DNA from: a virus
Taxonomy: Duplodnaviria > Caudoviricetes
Length of the DNA: 41,950 bases
Direction: 5' to 3' (one strand)
Virus record (IMG/VR): IMGVR_UViG_3300049174_000096
Span: 1-41,950 of that record
Each line of letters starts with the position of its first letter. The stretch's first letter is position 1. A program made the translations under genes and the position numbers. Positions 17,203-25,378 of the stretch are shown here, piece by piece. The notes under the pieces are model-generated. The model saw only the letters and a program-made list of their open reading frames with translations. It was not told where the DNA came from and did not search any database.

Positions 17203-19296
17203 ATTTCTTTCTATTATCCACCTTGGAATAACGATCTAGAGCCTAATCAAGGGAATGTTAGACAGTGGCTCGATAATTTGTACAGCAAATTTCAGCCTAT
17301 AGAGCAGGCTCGCTGGAACCAATCGAATATCGATTCCCTATTTTACGCCGGCTCTCAGACCTTCATAAATCGGTATTTCAACTTCACCCCGTCTTCTTCC
17401 TACCAAAACTTCTATTTTAACCTTTTGCAACAGCCCATAAACATGGTGACTGGCTATGAGCGCCAGCATAGAAAGGGATTTGCGTTTGTCCCTTGTGAGG
17501 GGGCAGACAGCGAGACCAGCGATCAATATACCAGACTTATCACCCATGCTGCCAATAAAGGTGGAGTGCATGAAGCTAAGTCAAAGGCAAAAGAGCAGGC
17601 AGCGATCACGGGCCTTGTACTTCTTCAACCGTATCTTGATTTCTCAGGCGCTGATCCAGCTCAAGGAGAAATGAAAACAAAGGTTTGGGAATACAACTCG
17701 TTTTTAGTGGACCCATATTTTCGCAACCCGGATATGTCAGATGCACAATTCGTATGGTGTCAGGAGTACATATCAAAGAAAGAGGCGGAGTTTCGTTTTC
17801 CAGACAAAATAGGCAAGATTGCCCCGATGTCCGGTACTCCCCAAAGATACGGTAGTTTTTATTTTCTACCTGAAAATTATAATATGGCACGCAATGACCT
17901 CATGGTTCTTAGCTATGTATGGTATAAGTGGCGACGTAAAAAGAAAAGGCTTTATTCTGCATCGAGAAATCAGTTTTTTGACTTCGCAGGGGGCCAAGAG
18001 CAATTAGATCAAATCCTTTATGCAATCCCCGATATGGAGGCTGTAGAGGTAGAAGTTCCAACATGGAAATTGGCGGTAGTTTTAAATGATCAGCTCATGT
18101 TTCAAGGCGATAATCCGCTGGGTTTTGATAGTTGTCCTTTTGTTCCTTATTTTTGGAATTACGAACCTCATCTCAATTACTATGATCTGCGCGCTCGCGG
18201 TCTTGTACGCACTATGCGGGATTCTAATTACCTTCTCAACCGCCGAATTATTATTAATCACGATATCTCTGAGGCTACTATCAATGCTGGATGGAAGCGG
18301 AAGGTAGGTGCTGTCGCTAACGAAGACAATCTGAAGCGCTCTGGTCAGGGTTGGGATGTAATCGTTAACGAAGGCTACGAGCTCACTGATGTGGAAAAGA
18401 TCATACCAAGCGAAGTGCCGCAATCGGACATGGCCCTCGCAGATCAGCTTAGAAGCCTCATCTTTGGGACATCCGGCGTTGACCTAGAGAATTGGTCAGC
18501 ACAGAATGATAAGCAATCCAGCACGCTTACAACGGTAATCAAACAGGCTGCCAATCTCATGGTGCTTCAAAAGTACTTTGATCAGTGGGATTACTCGGAC
18601 AAGCTGCTTGGCGATATCATGCTGAAGATTTCTCTTAATAACTGGAACGCTGAGAAAGTTAAGCTGATGATCGGCGAAGAGCCAACGCCGTACTTTTATT
18701 CGAAGATATTCTCTAACTACCAAGTATTAGTTGAGGAAGCGGATCTCACTCCTACCCAGCAAAACATGCAGGCGCAGCAGATGATGGATATCAACGCTGC
18801 ATTTGGAAGAGAGGTGTTCCCCCCCTCTAAAATCATTCCTCTTCTCAATATCACAGGAAAAGCCGAGGCAGTCCAATTCTTGCAGCAGCAGGAGCAAATG
18901 GCCCAGGCCCAACAACAAGAAATTACCAACATACAACACACATATGAAGAAGCAAAACTGCAAGAACTGTACTCAAAAGCTGCCGCGAATATTGCCACGG
19001 CTCGGGAAAGACACGGGCGCGCTGAAGCGGATATCGGGCTCTTTGAAGAACGCCTTTCAGAAATTACCCATAACAGGGCAATGGCGACTAAAGCAAAAAT
19101 GGAAGCGCTGGAAAAAATGGTTGATGTCATTGCCAAATACGGCGAGGTCGAAACTGCTCTTAAGATGCACGAAATAGATTCTTTGGACTATAGGCAAGAG
19201 ATTCAAGAAGACAGAGAAAAGATAGATGCAAAACAGACAGCCATGTCTAATGATTTTGTGATGCAGCTCATGGGAAAACAGGCTCAAGGGCAATAG
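17203..19296 (+). CDS. Portal protein (P22-like); probable ATT start at 17203 (track start TTG 17278)
   Basis: N...Q.INMVTG.ERQ.R, DP.F..PD.SDA, PFVP......GLVR.MRD....N.R, Q-rich C-terminal barrel; lies after terL. Confidence 0.85.
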   Translation: MSFYYPPWNNDLEPNQGNVRQWLDNLYSKFQPIEQARWNQSNIDSLFYAGSQTFINRYFNFTPSSSYQNFYFNLLQQPINMVTGYERQHRKGFAFVPCEGADSETSDQYTRLITHAANKGGVHEAKSKAKEQAAITGLVLLQPYLDFSGADPAQGEMKTKVWEYNSFLVDPYFRNPDMSDAQFVWCQEYISKKEAEFRFPDKIGKIAPMSGTPQRYGSFYFLPENYNMARNDLMVLSYVWYKWRRKKKRLYSASRNQFFDFAGGQEQLDQILYAIPDMEAVEVEVPTWKLAVVLNDQLMFQGDNPLGFDSCPFVPYFWNYEPHLNYYDLRARGLVRTMRDSNYLLNRRIIINHDISEATINAGWKRKVGAVANEDNLKRSGQGWDVIVNEGYELTDVEKIIPSEVPQSDMALADQLRSLIFGTSGVDLENWSAQNDKQSSTLTTVIKQAANLMVLQKYFDQWDYSDKLLGDIMLKISLNNWNAEKVKLMIGEEPTPYFYSKIFSNYQVLVEEADLTPTQQNMQAQQMMDINAAFGREVFPPSKIIPLLNITGKAEAVQFLQQQEQMAQAQQQEITNIQHTYEEAKLQELYSKAAANIATARERHGRAEADIGLFEERLSEITHNRAMATKAKMEALEKMVDVIAKYGEVETALKMHEIDSLDYRQEIQEDREKIDAKQTAMSNDFVMQLMGKQAQGQ

Positions 19297-19355
19297 CGCA
19301 GAAAACTTGCTTCAATTAAATTAAAGATTAATAACACATCTCTCTCGAGGTTAAG

Positions 19356-19577
19356 ATGAGTGGACGACGTATAGATGATCATAGCGCTTGGATGGGTAGA
19401 GGACGTGAATATCCTTTGCCAGACGGGCCTCATAAATTAAAGGCTGAGAGATCAGCAGAAGGCGCTGGTCGTTTAGGGTCCAGCTATCCAGACACTACAG
19501 AAGACATTTTGCGCGATCAAAATGCTGGTATTGGTAAGGCTGAAGGGCGTAAAATTAAGCCTGGATATAGAAATTAA
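19356..19577 (+). CDS. Small hypothetical protein (possible virion protein)
   Basis: GAGG RBS; follows the portal. Confidence 0.7.
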   Translation: MSGRRIDDHSAWMGRGREYPLPDGPHKLKAERSAEGAGRLGSSYPDTTEDILRDQNAGIGKAEGRKIKPGYRN

Positions 19578-19584
19578 TTGCCTA

Positions 19585-19811
19585 TCTACCATGTGTAGAA
19601 AAGGTTTGGGGCTGGTCTGAATAACCAAGCCCTCTTTATTTAACTGGGCAAGTGGCTGGGTTCGAAATCCCGATGAAGCGTTTGAGAGACGTAGAGGGAC
19701 TAGGTAATTCCTCGCCAAGTTAACAGAGATTTCACGCATTGATCTGCGAGCCTGACCCGGGCAAATGCGTCTTTACAAGGTTTTCCGCGAACCAGCCTGG
19801 CAAATCGCGGA
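19585..19811 (+). ncRNA. Candidate structured ncRNA (multi-hairpin, four-way junction)
   Basis: At least six stems in an intergenic gap; G-U pairs favour the + strand. Confidence 0.45.
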
Positions 19812-19885
19812 GTTATTCAGAGTTATATGGGGTTATAGTGAAATCCTTGTATAACCGTATATAACCGTGTATAACTAGGTATAAG
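19811..19885. repeat. 10-bp-phased inverted repeat array
   Basis: GTTAT at 19812, 19822, 19832; TATAAC at 19850, 19860, 19870 and TATAAG at 19880. Confidence 0.75.
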
Positions 19886-19886
19886 T

Positions 19887-20141
19887 ATGGCCAACAAAGT
19901 TCTAAAAGATCCAATCGCTGTTAAGGCTAAGTCCGATGGCAAGTGGCCTTGGACCTATAATGCTCCTACAAAAGATCAAGCCCATTCAGGTTACCTTTCA
20001 GCTGGTGACAATTATGGGATTGGTCGTAGGCAGCCTGTTGGCAAAATGAACGCATCCGGACCTGAATCCGGTCCTATTCCTCAAAAAGCGCATTGTTTCT
20101 CACCTAATGAGATATTCGATGGCGAAGATAAAAAAGGCTAA
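19887..20141 (+). CDS. Small Gly/Pro-rich hypothetical protein
   Basis: GDNYGIGRRQPVGKM motif shared with the next gene. Confidence 0.7.
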   Translation: MANKVLKDPIAVKAKSDGKWPWTYNAPTKDQAHSGYLSAGDNYGIGRRQPVGKMNASGPESGPIPQKAHCFSPNEIFDGEDKKG

Positions 20142-20343
20142 TCCTTTAAAGAATCCCGCTAATTTCATGGGACGCGGGGTTAATTCCCCTACTTCTGGGA
20201 CTACGCCATACCCTCATGGCGGCATGGGTGATTACTATGGGACTGGCATGAAAAACCCTATTGGAAAGATGCGATCAGATTCTATTGGCTATCGTCCAGT
20301 GTCTCGCAAACAGTTGGGTGCCGCTCCAAAGTCAATCGTGTAA
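20119..20343 (+). CDS. Small basic Gly/Pro-rich hypothetical protein (paralogue of the previous gene)
   Basis: GDYYGTGMKNPIGKM; likely start MAKIKK. Confidence 0.7.
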   Translation: MAKIKKANPLKNPANFMGRGVNSPTSGTTPYPHGGMGDYYGTGMKNPIGKMRSDSIGYRPVSRKQLGAAPKSIV

Positions 20344-20548
20344 TGAAATTTTCTGGGGGCCTCAGATTTTCTGGGCAGCACCAGCACAAAACTTCTAAGT
20401 CAAACTTCTCGTTTCTCCATCCTGTAGAAGGGTCAAAAATGCCTTCCATGATTAGATAAGAAGGGTTACGCCCACTTGTCAGTTTTGCATACACTAGACA
20501 ATCAGCTCCTTTCGGGGGCAAATCTTCATTCACATCAATCCAGTTCAT
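20282..20548 (-). CDS. DUF551-like phage protein
   Basis: MNWIDVNEDLP.....CLV...V.CW pattern. Confidence 0.65.
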   Translation of the reverse strand: MNWIDVNEDLPPKGADCLVYAKLTSGRNPSYLIMEGIFDPSTGWRNEKFDLEVLCWCCPENLRPPENFITRLTLERHPTVCETLDDSQ

Positions 20549-20742
20549 AGGAACCTCATAAAGCTCGCAGTCATGCTATTCTTGCGAAGCATATCAAGTT
20601 CAGTGGGTTTGCGTGAAACATTTTTACAGGGAGTGCAACAAACAGAGTTTCTATGGAATTCGTGGGGGTATCTCTCTTTCTGACACTTTCGACATATTCT
20701 TAGTGCGCTTTGCATGGGAAGATAGCTCCTTGTATACAGCAT
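20545..20742 (-). CDS. Small CxxC zinc-finger protein
   Basis: ICRKC.......F......C.PCK; overlaps the neighbour, start uncertain. Confidence 0.45.
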   Translation of the reverse strand: MLYTRSYLPMQSALRICRKCQKERYPHEFHRNSVCCTPCKNVSRKPTELDMLRKNSMTASFMRFL

Positions 20743-21154
20743 CTACTCGTTCATCTGTCATATCATCATCTTCTCTTTCTTCCAACTTATTTCTATTAAA
20801 CTGGAAGTCATGGATACTGTCAGAAACGGTCTTATTTGCCGTTAAAAGGTTCTTGGCATACTGACCCCACAGCTCACGTGCGGGAATCATCCAGATGACC
20901 TTTAAAACGTCGCTACCGGGGTATGCCTTAAAAAGCATGGAATTGGTCTGAGCTTTTGGTTTGGTTAGCCTGGGTTGCCAGATTAGACGCTTCGTTACCC
21001 CATCTTCATCTGTTCTGGCATGTGCAAAAATGTAGAAGGGATGTTCTCCGAAAGGTTTTTGATCGATCAGATTCTGGCAGCATTCTCCGATGTCGAAGGA
21101 CTGTTTGGTAAAATGCTGGTATCGGTCGTGCGCGTCTAGTCTATTGATTTTCAT
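20651..21154 (-). CDS. Hypothetical protein (start MKINRLDAHDR)
   Basis: GGAGGA RBS; WQPRLTKPKAQTNSMLF. Confidence 0.75.
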   Translation of the reverse strand: MKINRLDAHDRYQHFTKQSFDIGECCQNLIDQKPFGEHPFYIFAHARTDEDGVTKRLIWQPRLTKPKAQTNSMLFKAYPGSDVLKVIWMIPARELWGQYAKNLLTANKTVSDSIHDFQFNRNKLEEREDDDMTDERVDAVYKELSSHAKRTKNMSKVSEREIPPRIP

Positions 21155-21405
21155 TGATCCTCCGGAACATATCCACAGAACGGACATGCTTGTACTCTTA
21201 CCCAGTGCAAATTGCTGACTCGATTGGTCTTTGTTTGTTTTTCATGAGTAGTATGTCTGGAAATTAGGATCAATCTTCCTAGATCGTTTTCCATTTCCGA
21301 GCATTCCCAATAGACATGATCTTGTGTCCCGGCATCGCTTCTTTGCAGGGTTTTGGGAAAACAAAGGTGTTTGTACAAAGGGGAGATATCACTGTTTTTC
21401 TGCAT
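21151..21405 (-). CDS. Hypothetical protein with C-terminal CPFCG
   Basis: Overlap-coupled to both neighbours. Confidence 0.55.
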   Translation of the reverse strand: MQKNSDISPLYKHLCFPKTLQRSDAGTQDHVYWECSEMENDLGRLILISRHTTHEKQTKTNRVSNLHWVRVQACPFCGYVPEDQ

Positions 21406-22417
21406 TTAGCCTCGCTTTTGCTATTTTTACATATTCTTCTTCCTTTTCTATTCCTACGGCCGAAAATCCTAACCGCTTGGCTGCTAGTATTGTTGTCCCC
21501 GAGCCGGCGAAAGGGTCCAGAAGAATACCGTTATCTGGTGGCATGATGAGCTTGATTAGATATTCCATGAGTTTTAATGGTTTGACTGTGGGATGGTAAT
21601 TTTTTGCAGCAGCTTTTATTGACCCATATTTCCCGCACACATTATCTTCGGTGTTGTTAATTCCACCCCCACCAATAGTCTGACCAATGGGAAGGCAATC
21701 CAATCCTTCATTCCTCTCACTAGAAGACGCCTTAGCGCAATAGAAAAATCGGGATGCTCCCTCTCCCTTTCTTTCTACCCTTTCTTTTTTAGGGCCTGAT
21801 AAAATCCCACTTTGCTCATCCAGGGTATCAGCAGCTTCCTCATCAAATATGACATTGGCTGGCCAGCGGCCTATGTGGCATTTCCCGACAAAATCAACAG
21901 ACTTTGGAACATTTGGACAAGCTGTTGCCATCGATCCCATTCCGTTCGTCAAAATAGTGTCAGTCCCTATCCTACACCCATCAATATTAATCCCTGCCTG
22001 CCCCCATTTCTCGGCATTTTGCTTGAACGTTCCATCACATGGTTTCATAGCCATGATTATAGGCTCATAAGCGGGCTTTACAGCGGTTCCATATCCTTCT
22101 ATTCCAAAATGATTATGACTCTTGGGAAACCCACTTCCATAGATCCACATGAGGCAGTCTCTGATTTCCCATCCCGCATCTTCGATTGCGCAAGTTAGTC
22201 TGTGAAATGTTCTAGTACCACCCATTGCAAGCAAGTGCGCGCCGGGTTTAGATATTCTAAGCATTTCTTGCCAATATTCTACGCCAGGCACCGTATGATC
22301 CCAGCCTTTATTCATGAACGAAAGTCCGTAGGGGGGATCTGTAATAATCGCTGAAACGCAATTGTCCTCCATTGTCCTCATGACATCTAGACAATCACCT
22401 AACTCTATGTTCTGCAT
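21389..22417 (-). CDS. DNA amino-methyltransferase (N6-A/N4-C, beta class)
   Basis: ITDPPYG catalytic motif precedes HPTVKP and the LDPFAGSGTT SAM-binding motif. Confidence 0.95.
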   Translation of the reverse strand: MQNIELGDCLDVMRTMEDNCVSAIITDPPYGLSFMNKGWDHTVPGVEYWQEMLRISKPGAHLLAMGGTRTFHRLTCAIEDAGWEIRDCLMWIYGSGFPKSHNHFGIEGYGTAVKPAYEPIIMAMKPCDGTFKQNAEKWGQAGINIDGCRIGTDTILTNGMGSMATACPNVPKSVDFVGKCHIGRWPANVIFDEEAADTLDEQSGILSGPKKERVERKGEGASRFFYCAKASSSERNEGLDCLPIGQTIGGGGINNTEDNVCGKYGSIKAAAKNYHPTVKPLKLMEYLIKLIMPPDNGILLDPFAGSGTTILAAKRLGFSAVGIEKEEEYVKIAKARLNAEKQ

Positions 22418-22429
22418 CTAGCCTCTAAT

Positions 22430-22702
22430 TTATTGATTTTCAACACAATCTTCTCTGTTAATTATTTTAACAGCATTTATTCGGGACTTCATAAGGATGT
22501 AAGCGTGACGATTAACGGATGGGTAGCTTTCGAAAGGCTTTGTGACGTACACAAAGTTTTTTTTCTCAATGCCATCGATGTGATTTTTTATTTTTGAAGC
22601 CTCCGTTTTAGGTATAATTTCTAATTCCTCAAGTATTTCAACCGCCTCCCTCGACTTAACTATTCTTTCGCAAATGTTTGCGGATTCCATCAATTCTTTC
22701 AC
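22430..22702 (-). CDS. Hypothetical protein
   Basis: GAGG RBS before GTG; the same TAGAGGCTA precedes the MTase. Confidence 0.6.
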   Translation of the reverse strand: MKELMESANICERIVKSREAVEILEELEIIPKTEASKIKNHIDGIEKKNFVYVTKPFESYPSVNRHAYILMKSRINAVKIINREDCVENQ

Positions 22703-22752
22703 GTATAGCCTCTAATAAATAAATTATTCTATATAGATCTTATTTAACCAAC

Positions 22753-22773
22753 ACGCGTGCCGGCGTCAAGGCA
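22753..22773 (+). promoter_or_regulatory. Pseudoknot-like leader motif upstream of the scaffold gene
   Basis: ACGC-G-TGCC-GGCGTCAA-GGCA; similar motif at 24735-24755. Confidence 0.45.
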
Positions 22774-22782
22774 AAGGTTTGA

Positions 22783-23466
22783 ATGTCCGTAAATCCCCAA
22801 GAAAATGTAGCTCAAGAGCAACCTAAACCATCCGACAAGGAACTGAACTTCCGTAAGCAGGAAGAAATGTATGAAAGAAAGCTGGAACAAGAAAGACAAG
22901 CTAGAATGGCGGCAGAAGAAAAAGTTGCTCAACTTGCCAAGAAGACGTTTGATCAGCAGGCTGTCCCCGATGACGATGACGATGATACTGATGAGCCTTA
23001 CGTCGATCGCAGAAGACTTGAAAAGCGCCTCGGAAAGGTTGTAAAACAAGTCGGCAACGATACTGATACCAAGATCCAGAATGCTGTACAGCAAGCGCTT
23101 GCCGCAGAGCGCAGAACGCAATGGTTAAAGAACAACCCAGACTTCAACGAAGTCATGAGCCACGCGCAAGCTTTCGCAGATAGGGACCCAGAGCTAGCGG
23201 AAACTATATTGGAAATGCCCGACGGCTTTGAAAGACAAAAGCTGGTCTATAAAAACATTAAGGCGCTCGGACTTCATAAGCCTCCCGAGCAGAAAGCTCC
23301 TATTCAGGACCGAGTGGATAAAAACCTTAGGTCGCCTTATTACCAGCCATCTAATGTCGGGGGTCCTGGATATCAAACATATGCAACTGGTGGCAATGTA
23401 AGCCCAGCAGAAGGCAAAAATGCCTATGCCAAGATGCAGGAGCTGAAGAACCGACTTAGGATGTAA
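22783..23466 (+). CDS. Putative capsid scaffolding protein
   Basis: Highly charged coiled coil with an acidic tract; upstream of the capsid gene. Confidence 0.7.
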   Translation: MSVNPQENVAQEQPKPSDKELNFRKQEEMYERKLEQERQARMAAEEKVAQLAKKTFDQQAVPDDDDDDTDEPYVDRRRLEKRLGKVVKQVGNDTDTKIQNAVQQALAAERRTQWLKNNPDFNEVMSHAQAFADRDPELAETILEMPDGFERQKLVYKNIKALGLHKPPEQKAPIQDRVDKNLRSPYYQPSNVGGPGYQTYATGGNVSPAEGKNAYAKMQELKNRLRM

Positions 23467-23469
23467 TCA

Positions 23470-23700
23470 TTGGAAAAATGTTTTAATTGTAATAACCATA
23501 AAAAAACAGGGTGCATCTTGGTAAAACAAGGCGCATCCTTTTTTATTTGTGATGACTGCGATCCCTTTGATATTCCTGACTGGAAGGTCAATCAAGAGGC
23601 TGAGACGTGGGTAAGTCGGAACATAAGAAGGGCAAAGATATTAAGAGAAGCTGGGCTTTCCCCTTGGAACCGAGCAAAAGATACGGCCATTTCTTCATGA
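23470..23700 (+). CDS. Small CxxC zinc-finger protein
   Basis: CFNC...ICDDC; TTG start. Confidence 0.5.
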   Translation: MEKCFNCNNHKKTGCILVKQGASFFICDDCDPFDIPDWKVNQEAETWVSRNIRRAKILREAGLSPWNRAKDTAISS

Positions 23701-23730
23701 ATACGGCCAAAGTGGAGCGAATACGGCCAA
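23681..23730. repeat. Three direct repeats with 20-bp period
   Basis: ATACGGCCA at 23681, 23701 and 23721. Confidence 0.8.
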
Positions 23731-23748
23731 TTTGTGGCGCGATTCGTG

Positions 23749-24069
23749 TTATTTCATCATATTAGTTTCGTATTCATCTACTTCCTTTTGAATAGATGCT
23801 TTAAAATCACCTGAAGAAATTATATCTTTTGCTTCATAGATAAAAAATTCAAAGAATTTATCGCCTTCTCTCCAATTATAAAAAAATTGTCCTAATGTGA
23901 TCACGTCCGTTTTAAGATGCAAAGGCTTTTTGTCAGTTCCTTTAGAAAATAAAAAGCTCGCTGTCACGATAGGCCAGCCTTCTTTAGACACTTGGTTCGG
24001 GTGCTCTCTAATACTAATCATATCAACTATAGAAACATTATATACAAAATCATCGTATCTAAAATGCAT
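23749..24069 (-). CDS. Hypothetical protein (start MHFRY)
   Basis: AGGAG upstream; coupled to the previous stop. Confidence 0.6.
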   Translation of the reverse strand: MHFRYDDFVYNVSIVDMISIREHPNQVSKEGWPIVTASFLFSKGTDKKPLHLKTDVITLGQFFYNWREGDKFFEFFIYEAKDIISSGDFKASIQKEVDEYETNMMK

Positions 24070-24272
24070 TATTTGCTCCTGTATCGTTCTTCGATTGCAC
24101 AAAGGCGCCCGTGAAAATCTTTCATTTCTTCTCTCATCCCATCTATAGAAGCCTTTACCCAGGCCTCCATGTGTCTATGATCGGATCTAGATTCCGAACG
24201 ACTCCAAAGCCATAAAGGTATGATTACAGCGGCATTTCCTAGAACCATTGATAATACATGATACCATTCCAT
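24069..24272 (-). CDS. Single-TM plus coiled-coil small protein
   Basis: MEWYHVLSMVLGNAAVIIPLWLW...EMKDFHGRLCAIEER. Confidence 0.7.
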   Translation of the reverse strand: MEWYHVLSMVLGNAAVIIPLWLWSRSESRSDHRHMEAWVKASIDGMREEMKDFHGRLCAIEERYRSK

Positions 24273-24274
24273 GA

Positions 24275-24661
24275 TTAAATTTTCCCTTGGCTGTTAAAAT
24301 ATTCGTAAAACGTCTTTGTAAGGCAGATTAATCTATCCTCAAAATCTTCTTCCGTTTGCCACGCATCATTTCCTGAAGGCATATACATAGGAACAATTGA
24401 TTCATCTGGGCTGACTTTATCTCTTAAGATACAAGAAACGAGGCTTAAAACCTGATGGACATGCAGCAACCCATATTTGCATTTGTTGGGAAGGCCTACA
24501 AGGTCATTTTTCTCTTTCTCTAAAATATAGTCAGATATGTTCGCCGCCGCTCCTAAAAGAGTTGCCCATAGAGAAAATAACTCCGCGTCCGTTTTAAAGA
24601 ATTTCCTGAGCTTTTCTATTAATGGTACTATTTCTGGCGATTCTTCTTTTTGTGTTTCCAT
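24275..24661 (-). CDS. Hypothetical protein (start probably METQK)
   Basis: ORF track gives 24275-24727; the upstream extension covers the capsid promoter region. Confidence 0.6.
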   Translation of the reverse strand: METQKEESPEIVPLIEKLRKFFKTDAELFSLWATLLGAAANISDYILEKEKNDLVGLPNKCKYGLLHVHQVLSLVSCILRDKVSPDESIVPMYMPSGNDAWQTEEDFEDRLICLTKTFYEYFNSQGKI

Positions 24662-24734
24662 AAAATTTGCCCGTAAACGATTAATTTGATACATCTTAGT
24701 ATACGCAAGCATAAGCGTTATATGCAACTTCTAT

Positions 24735-24813
24735 CGCAGATCCAGCGTCACGGATACCCGATGTAAAAGCGAACGGACGTAGCTACGAAGAGTCGTCCTC
24801 GGTGCTCTACATC
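24735..24813 (+). promoter_or_regulatory. Structured 5' leader of the capsid gene
   Basis: CGC-AG-ATCC-AGCGTCAC-GGAT motif, then nested stems GATGTA/TACATC and GGACG/CGTCC. Confidence 0.5.
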
Positions 24814-24839
24814 AACGTAATCAGACAAAAGAGTAAAAA

Positions 24840-25378
24840 ATGTCTATTACAACTACGGGTAATCTTGGACCTATGATCTTGCAGTCCCTCGCGCCTGCGA
24901 TGCTCTATGTTCCAACACCCACAATGAACTATATTACGGTCTGCGACAAGGTATCGATGCCAGCTAATGGCGGTACAACTTGCCGTTTTATGAGACCTAG
25001 GGCATTGCAGCCCCCTACTGTCCAATTAGGTAACAGTGGGATTGATCCCCCCGCTCAAGTGCCACAACGCGACATCATTGATGCGCAAATGGCGTTCTTC
25101 GGAACGGGCTGTATTATAAACGAACAAGTCATTTTGCAAGACCAAGAAGGTGTCCTTGCGTGGGTATCTGAGCGTTTGGCGGTCGCCATGCGTCAGGCCG
25201 AAGACTTGATCCTTCGCGACTACATTGTATCTGCAGCTAGCCAAATTAACGCTGGTGGTGGATCCAATGGGGATAACCCAACTAACCTTGGAATCTCTGA
25301 TTTCAGCTTAGTTGCTACAACCCTCGATACAAATAACGCTTATAAATTCATGAGTGGTATCGAAGGTATGGACAGGTT
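24840..25378 (+). CDS. Major capsid protein (N4-gp56-like), exon 1
   Basis: MPANGGTT..F.R...L...FG....I...V......L....L...M...ED.I.RD pattern; ends in GMDR plus TT. Confidence 0.85.

Noticed and set aside
19658-19700. Hammerhead ribozyme or canonical tRNA
   Set aside because: CCGATGAAG is not CUGANGA and the GAAA is in the wrong order; the T-loop-like hairpin is not in tRNA position
23681-23730. Mini CRISPR array
   Set aside because: Repeats of 9-12 bp and spacers of ~10 bp are far too short; no cas genes
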